Of a stretch of DNA of 64,000 nucleotides, positions 57,101 to 64,000 are shown piece after piece; position 1 is the first letter of the stretch, and each line of letters starts with the position of its first letter. A model generated the notes under the pieces. The model made no database searches. It saw only the letters and a list, made by a program, of their open reading frames with translations, and had not been told where the DNA came from. This stretch comes from an uncultured Verrucomicrobiae bacterium (GTDB lineage: Bacteria > Verrucomicrobiota > Verrucomicrobiia > Chthoniobacterales > Chthoniobacteraceae): assembly GCA_963769025.1 (NCBI GenBank), contig CAVYKI010000003.1, positions 672,001-736,000 on the forward strand, written 5' to 3'. The position numbers and the translations under genes are program-made.

Positions 57101-60100
57101 GCCACGGTTGATGAGCGTGCCGGCGCTGTAGCTGTTCGAGTTCTGGATGACCACCGTGCCCGTGGAGTTCAGGGGAGCCACGAGGCCGAGGGTGACCGTA
57201 GGGATGGAGCTGCCGATCTCGACCGAGTTCGCACCGGAGAGCACGTTGTCCGAGCCCGCGAAGGTGAGGGCCACGTTGCTGGCGCTGTTGGCACCGAGGC
57301 GGTAGCGGCTGCCGTTGCCGGCGGTGAGGCTGCTGGCGAGGTACTGCACGCCGGCGGTGCCAAGGCTCGCGCCGTAGGCGCCGAGGAACTGGTTGCCGTC
57401 GCCGATCTGCGTCATGTCGAGCGCCGTCGTGAAGGTCGGGATGCCGATCTGCACCGTGCCGCCGAAGGCGTCATTCTGCGTGGTCGCAGTCAGCGCGCCG
57501 GTGCCATTGGTCGGGCTGAAGTCGCCATCGAGCACCAGTGCGCCGAAGCCGGCCGTGCTGCTGAGGATGTTCACGCCGGCTGCACCCGTGGTGCTCGACG
57601 AGGCCGCGATGCGCAGGTAGCCGCCCGGATTCACGATGACCATGCCGGTGCCCATCGGCGTGCCGGTGGTGCCCGTCACCTGGACGGCGCCGCCGGTGAA
57701 GATGTTCGTGCCGCCCGTGTAGGTGTTCGCAGTGCCCGTGATGCGCACGGTGCCGGTGCCAGTCTTGTTGATGGCAAAGGCCACACTGCCGGTGTCCTGG
57801 ATCACCCCGGAAAGCTCGACGACCGAGCGCCCGGCAAGGGCCGCAGCGGTGGTGACGTTGAAGACCGCTGCATTGCCGCCGGTGACCGTGCCCGCGAAGC
57901 GGATGTTCTGGCTGTCCGTGGACGGCGTCGAGGTAAAGACGGTGTTGCCCACCGTGAGATTGCCGAACTGGAAGTATTGATCCAGGAAGCCGGTGCCGCC
58001 GATGCCGCCGTTGTTGTCGGTCACGATCGAGGTGCTGGTGCCGTTGACGATGACGCTCAGGCCGATGGTGTTCGGATTGCCGATGATCGTGGCCAGTCCG
58101 GGGCCGACGCCGCCGGCGAACAACTGGAGGTTGCCCCCCTGCAGTTCCAAGGTGGTGGGCGTTCCGGAAGCGTATCCGCCCAAGGCGGAGGGCGTATTGA
58201 GCAACACATTGCCCGACCGCAGCACAAAGCCGCCGGTGAAGGTGTTGAGATTGGACTGCGGGTTGCTGCCGCCGCTGTTATGGCTGCCGTTGAGCTGCAA
58301 GGTGCCGGTGCCGCCCTTGATGACGCGGACCGTGCCGGCGCCATCCTGGATGGTTCCGTTGAAGACCGAGTTGTTGGTCGCCTCGACGATGAGCGTTCCC
58401 GCCGTGGCATTGGTATTGGTGATGATGCCCGCCGATCCGGTGAGGCGCACCGACCTTCACGTTCGTCCCGTTCAGGTCGAGCGTGCCGGCGTCGTTGAGG
58501 ACGATGTTATGCGAAGCCGGCTGTGCGGTCGCACCGCTGAACTGCACGGCGCCGGACTGCACGGCGAGACCGCCGCTGATGCGGTTGCTGCCGCTGAAGA
58601 GCAGGGTGCCGGGGCCAAACTTGGTGAAGCTGTTCGCGACCACGCTGCCGCTGAGAGTGGGCGTGCCGCTGGTGAAGCCGGTGCTGGTGTACACCACGCC
58701 TTCGCCATAGTTCAGGCCATTGAGCTGGGTGGCGCCGTTGTTCACAAAGCCGAAGAACAGGTCGGAACTGATCACCGGGGCCGCGCCGCCCGCGCCGTTG
58801 ATGAGGATGCCTCCGAGCTGGACCTGGTTGCCGGTCGAGCCGTTCGCCACAATTCGCAGGACTCCGCCGGAGACGTTGGCCGTGGTCTTGAAGGCGTAGA
58901 TGCTGTTCGTGCCCGTGAGAACCTGGGGGGTGGTGATGTTGCCGACCGCAGTGGGCGCAAGCGCGGAAAGGGTCGTGACCGGCGTCGTCGGCGCGCCGGT
59001 GAGGAAGCCGTTCGTCGTGTTGTAGGTCACGAAGTCCGCATCGCTGTTCGGCGCACCGTCCGCGAGGCGGACGATGACCGGGGAGACGATGCCGTTGAAA
59101 TTCGAGGAGGCCACAGCCACGCCCAGAAGCTGCGTCGTCGCGAGCAGCCGCGCACGCTGGCCGGCGGTCGCACCAAGATTGGCCGTGGGCTGGATGACCA
59201 TCGTGCCCTGGTTCGTGCGCTGGATGTTGCCGAAGGTGAACTGGTCGTTGAAGGCAACGCTGTTGTTGATGTCAAAGATGCCGCCACCATTGATGTTCAG
59301 CGTGCCGGTGTTGCCCGTCGCGTAGTCCGCCACGCCGGCATTCGTGATGCGGATGGTGCCGCCGTTGAGCGTCGTGGTGCTGTTGGTGCCGAGCGGGGCG
59401 GCCCCGGCGGTCTGCAGGACCTCGATGACGCCCGCATTGGCGCTCCATGGCGTCGCCGCGGCGTTCGTCACCGTGAGCTGGAGAGTGCCGGCCCCGACCT
59501 TGTGGAGCACGCCCGTGCCCGCCGCCGCGACCGTGCTGGTGACCGTCTTGTTGGCCGCGACCTCGATGGCGCCCGTCGTGCTCATCGTGATGACCCGGTT
59601 CAGGTTCGCGATGTTTTCCGTGAAGCGCAGCATCGGCGTGCCGCCGGTGCCGTAGTTGGCGCTCGCGTTGATTGAAGACAATGGCCCCGGGCGTCGCAGT
59701 GTTGCCGAGCTGGTTGTTGCGCAGAGGCGCTCACCACACCGCTCATGATGGTCAGGCCCGCAAAGCTGTTGTCGCCCTGCAGGACCAAGGTGCCCGAACC
59801 GATTTTCTGCAGAGCTGCCCGCGCCCTGCCAGATGCTGCTGCCATCCTGGGTGAGGATGCGGCCCTCGGCCACGTCCACGTTGCTGGTGGCGAGGAAATT
59901 GAGGTTCTTGTTCAGCGTGAACGACGCCTCCCACGCGCTGAGCGTGCCGCCATTCATGTTCACGTACGGATTCGTGCCGAGCTGGTTGCCGTCCGTGATG
60001 GCGATGTTGCCCGCGTTGATCAGCGTGATGCCCGTGTAGGTGTTCGCATTCGTCAGGCGCAAGGCGCCCACGCCGACCTTGACCAGGCCATTGTAGGCGC

Positions 60101-63100
60101 TCGCGCCATCGCTGATGACGCCGGAAAAGGTGACGATGCCGCCCTGCGCCTGGGCGTAGGGCGCTTGTGTTCACCGTGATGGTGCGCATCGAGCCGCCCA
60201 CCGCGCTGTTCGAGAGACCGACCGCGCCGCTGAAGGTAAGGTCGCCCGCCGTGCCGTTGAAGGCGCTGTTGAAAATCACGTCTCCCGCAAAGCTGATGGC
60301 ATTCGTGACCGTGCGGCCGCCAGCAAAGCCATGGAGGCGCTGCATTGCGTCGCTCTGGATCGTGCCGCCGTTGAAGATCACGGTCGCTGGCGCCAAAGGC
60401 ATTGGCATTCCCGATCTGGACAGTCTGGCCCTGGTTGATGAAGACGTTGCTGGTCGCGTCGAGGTTGTTCGACTGGTTGAGGACCACGGTGCCGCCGCCG
60501 TTGACCATGCCCACGGACGCGCCCTGGATGCTGTTGTTGATGGCGCCAAACTGCACCGTCATGCCGGAGCCGCTGAGTTGGTTGGCCCATTCATGTTCAG
60601 CACGCCGCCGCCGCCGCCGATGCGATAGACGCCGCTGCTGTCCGTGAGCGTGCCGGTGAAATTCGCAGCCCCGCTGGCCGTCACGCCGGTGCCCGCATTG
60701 ATGCCCGCGGAACTTCCGAGGAAGCTGGTGCCGCTGCCGATGGTGCCCTGATTGATCGCGGTGTCAAAGCCGAGCACATCCACGGCGATGACGCCGTTGA
60801 ACGGGCCACCGTTGGTGCCGTTGTTGAACGTGATGGCCGGGAGCGCGCCGCTGTACGCGAGGCCGACGACACCGAGTCCGGTGAGGTCGCTGTTCACCGT
60901 GAGACCGCCGGTGACGGTGTTGGTCGGATGCGCGAGACGGACGGTCCCGCCCGGGTTCACCGTGACGAGCCCGGAGCCGAACGGAGTGTCTCCGAGGCTG
61001 CCCGCGGTGGAGACGAGGATGCCCTGGTTGACGACGGTGCCGCCGCTGTAGTTGTTCTGCGCGACGGTGGCCGCGGCGCCCGCGCCATTGGTGAGCACCA
61101 AGGTGCCAGGGCCCCATTTCTGGATGGCGCCCGCGCCGGTGACCTGACCTTGGAGGAAGGTGGCGTTCACACCGCTGGTGGTCGTGAGGAGATTGAAGGC
61201 GGCACTCTGATTCAGGGTGACCGTGCCCGTGTAGACCTGGCCGCCGGTGAGGGTCAGCACGGTCGGATCGGGAGCGCCGCCGGTCCGCGCGGCAAACGTG
61301 AGGCTGCCGAAACGGGGAAGCGTCGGCGTCGTGTTGGAAAGGATCGCCGAATCATTGATCACCGTGATTGCGCTGAGGAAATTGCCCGCGGCGGCCGTCG
61401 ATGGGCTGACGTCGAGGGTGCCGCCCGCAAGGCGGATGGCGGGCGCGTCCACCACATACGGCGTGGTGGTGGCCGCGGTGGTGTTTGCGCCGAGGCGGAC
61501 ACCGAGGGCGTTCGGCGTGGCGAACCGCAGCGAACCCTGGTTGATGGTCACAGTCCCCGTCAGCAGCGGAGTCGCGGCGACGGTGCCGCGGCTGTCGCCC
61601 GTGAGCGAAAGGGTGCTCGTGCCCGCCTTGGTCAGCCCCGTGGCGTTGATGCTGCCGGAGAGAATCTCCACGAACGCGCCGCCGTGGGAGTCCCAGATCA
61701 TCGCCTCACGGTTGCCGGCGGTGCCGAAAATCCAGTTGTTCGTGTGGGTGCGGTCGGCTGTCAGTGTGCCCGTAAAAATCAACCCGGCTGGATCGCCCAC
61801 GGGGGCGCTGGCGCCGATGGTGATGGCTCCGGTGCCGGTGAGTCCAAAGTCGCCGTTGACCCGAAGGGCGAGCGCATTGCTGCCGACGATGGCGGCGGTG
61901 GCGGTCTGGTTGACGGTGTTCGCAGCCGTCGAGGTCAGGATGTTCGTGGAGGCGTAGGTGATCGGAGTCACACCGCCAGTGGCATTGTAGCCGACAAAGG
62001 TGGTCGCACCGGTGTGATCCACCAACCACGCCGGGAGCAGCGCCGGCGTGCCGATGGCGCCGCCGTTCAGATTGGTGATCATGAAGCGCGTATCCGTCGC
62101 GCCCATGGTGCCGCCGGTGGTCACGAAGCCGAGCGAGCCCGCGTTGGAGCGGTTCAGGTCGGTGAGGTTGATGCGCGCATTGTCCGTGGCGGCTACGCCG
62201 CGGGAGATTTCGATGAGGTTGCCGCCCTCGAAGTTGATCGTCGCGAGATTCTGGATCGTCGTCTGCGCGGCCGTCGTGGAGCCGAGGAAGCGGAAGTTGC
62301 CGCTGCTGAGATTCAGCGCGGTCGTGCCGGCCAGGCGGGGCTGGGTGGCGCTGGTCGTGTACGCGTTGTTGTTCAGCACCAGGCCGACATTCTGCCCGAC
62401 TGCATTCGTGAACGCGGTGTTCATGATGTTCACCGGGTTCGTGAACGTCTGCTGCGGCAGCGTTGCGGCGACATTGTAGGCACCGCTGAAGAGCAGCTGG
62501 CCAAACAGATTCACCTGGCTGCCCTGCGGGATGTAATCCTGGACGTCCGCCGTGCTGGTGATCTGAAGCGTGCTGGCGCCGCCCGCGAAGCGGTTCACGG
62601 TGGTGGAGCCGGTGTAGTTGTTGCCGGTGCCGCTCAGGGTCACGGTGCCGTTCATGCCGCCCGTTGCTCCGACGATGTTCGATACCGTGTGGCCGATGAT
62701 GATGCCGTTCGTGATTCCGTTGGCGAAGGTCAGGTCGCTGGAGATCGTCATCACCGTGCCCGCGGCATTGTTGGTGCCGAGCCGCAGGATGCCATCCGTA
62801 TCCGCGGAGATCGCGCCGCTGTAGGTGGCCGTGGCGCCGGCGCCCAGCCAGAACCGGCCGTTGCCGGCGGCGTGATTGCCGAGCTGGCTCATGTCCACCG
62901 CGTTGGTGATCGAGCCTTGGTTGGTGCGCAAGGCGGCACCGATCACGGGGCTGGTATAGATGCCATTGGCCGAGGTGCCGATCGCGAAGTTCGCACCCAG
63001 TTCGAGCACGCCGGGCGCATTGCCCGCCGTGGTGGTGCTGGTCGGCCCGGTCGGGCCCTGGGAAACATTTACGACACTCCCCACCGTGGACTGGATGGCG

Positions 63101-64000
63101 ATCTGCGAGGGGCCGGTGAGGTTGCTCGTGTCGCTGATCCGCAGAATCGCATTCGGAGCGATGTAAACCGCACCCGATCCCATGGTCGCGCCGGTGCCGC
63201 CGGCAAAGTTCAACTGGAGCACGCCGGCGAAGACATTCGTGCCGCCGGAGTAGTCGTTGGCGGTGGCGGAGGTGTTCGCGAGGACGAGCGTCGCGCCGCC
63301 GACCTTGTTCAGCGCACCCGTGCCCGTGATCTTGCCTCCCGTGGCGCTGCCCACGTTCACAGTCGGAGTTCCGTTGCTGATGGTCGAGACTGCGCCGGCG
63401 AGATTCAGGTCGCCGGAGAGCAGGAGACCGAAGCCGTTCGCCGCCGTGACCAGGAGCGTGTCGTTATTCAGCGTGAGCGGGCCGCTGATCGTGTGCGTCT
63501 GGTTCGAGCCACCGCCACCGATGGCGCGATCCACGTTGATGATGGAGTTGCCGCGGATTTCGAAGGTGTTTGCCACCGTCAGCGCGGTGTCGTTGAGGAT
63601 ATCGAACTGCGCGCCCGTGTTCAGCGTGATCGTGCCGGAAGTCCCCGCGGCGGCAGAGCTAAGGCTGACGGCCAGACGGCCCGCGTTGATCGTGACGCCG
63701 CCGTCGAAGGTGTTCACCCCGGACAACTGCACGAAGCCCGCGCCGTCCTTGGTGATGCCCCTCGTGAAAATCCCGTCGTCGATGACCCCGGTGATGTTGA
63801 TCCCCTGCCCCGCAAGCGCGTTGTTGATGACGAGGTTGCTGTTGAGCGTGACGCCGGTGGAGATGGTGTCCATGCCCGCGAGACTCGTGATGTTGAGACC
63901 GCCGTGGTTCTTGAACAGCAGCGCCGAGCCGCTGCTGACATCAAAAGTCAGCGAGCCGCCGCCCGCCGCGAGCGTGTAAACGCTGGAGCCCAGCGCATCG
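36172..64000 (-). CDS. Giant surface protein 2 (>9,200 aa, 5' end outside the window): passenger-associated beta-strand repeats plus PEP-CTERM; ~14 frameshifts
   Basis: Frame open to base 64000. Continuous G/T/N/A-rich repeat protein across junctions at ~60580, 60390, 60150-60165, 59805, 59720, 59675, 58450, 54460, 48875, 42045, 41880, 41805, 41720 and 41390. No internal signal peptide or tail seen. Ends VPEPATTALIGAVALCALIGYRERRR. Confidence 0.82.
48900..64000 (-). repeat. Protein-level tandem super-repeat, period ~5.5-5.65 kb, about 3 units
   Basis: Marker motifs recur at near-constant offsets: TPFG.G..V.PG at ~60980/55320/49815; TKFGPGTLL at ~58620/53055; G(T/A)(P/T)(M/L)G.G at ~63185/57660/52090. 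Confidence 0.8.

Noticed and set aside
45963..58498. Very long plus-strand ORFs (45963..48905, 48478..54477, 54440..58498; also 17443..20211)
   Set aside because: Antisense shadows of the giants caused by strong codon bias; no recognisable domains, and they switch character at the frameshift points.
15164..64000. Classical type V autotransporters, or CdiA/RTX toxins
   Set aside because: No C-terminal barrel, TPS domain, VENN motif, RTX nonapeptides or immunity gene seen; both proteins end in PEP-CTERM.
1..64000. CRISPR arrays, tRNA/rRNA, IS elements, reverse transcriptase or DGR
   Set aside because: No spaced identical repeats, RNA-gene signatures, or transposase/RT motifs found by eye; an Infernal/tRNAscan run would be needed to exclude small RNAs.

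Overview
High-GC bacterial window, most likely Verrucomicrobia (Chthoniobacter-like), inferred from a Verru_Chthon cassette protein A and two giant PEP-CTERM proteins. Many single-base frameshifts probably reflect long-read assembly errors. Bases 1-15 kb carry a partial YugP-like Zn peptidase, an NhaR-type LysR regulator, and a frameshifted TonB-dependent receptor with a sigma-54 promoter opposite a sensor kinase/NtrC-type pair. They also carry a carbohydrate-use cluster (DUF1080, GH5, D-2-hydroxyacid dehydrogenase, HpcH aldolase, DUF4838) interrupted by a low-GC membrane-protein gene. Bases 15-64 kb form one surface-structure locus: giant passenger-repeat PEP-CTERM protein 1 (~4,460 aa), a NarL-type two-component system, a solitary Verru_Chthon A gene (no B/C/D), and giant protein 2 (>9,200 aa, running off the window). 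Best new signals: (1) an ungapped ~100-120 bp upstream element shared by giant 1 and Verru_Chthon A, on either side of the two-component system; (2) a ~5.55 kb (~1,860 aa) tandem super-repeat in giant 2; (3) an ~8 kb colinear core and a near-identical Cys-containing PEP-CTERM tail shared by both giants. No rRNA, tRNA, CRISPR array or IS element was seen. All family calls come from motif recognition by eye, not from database searches.
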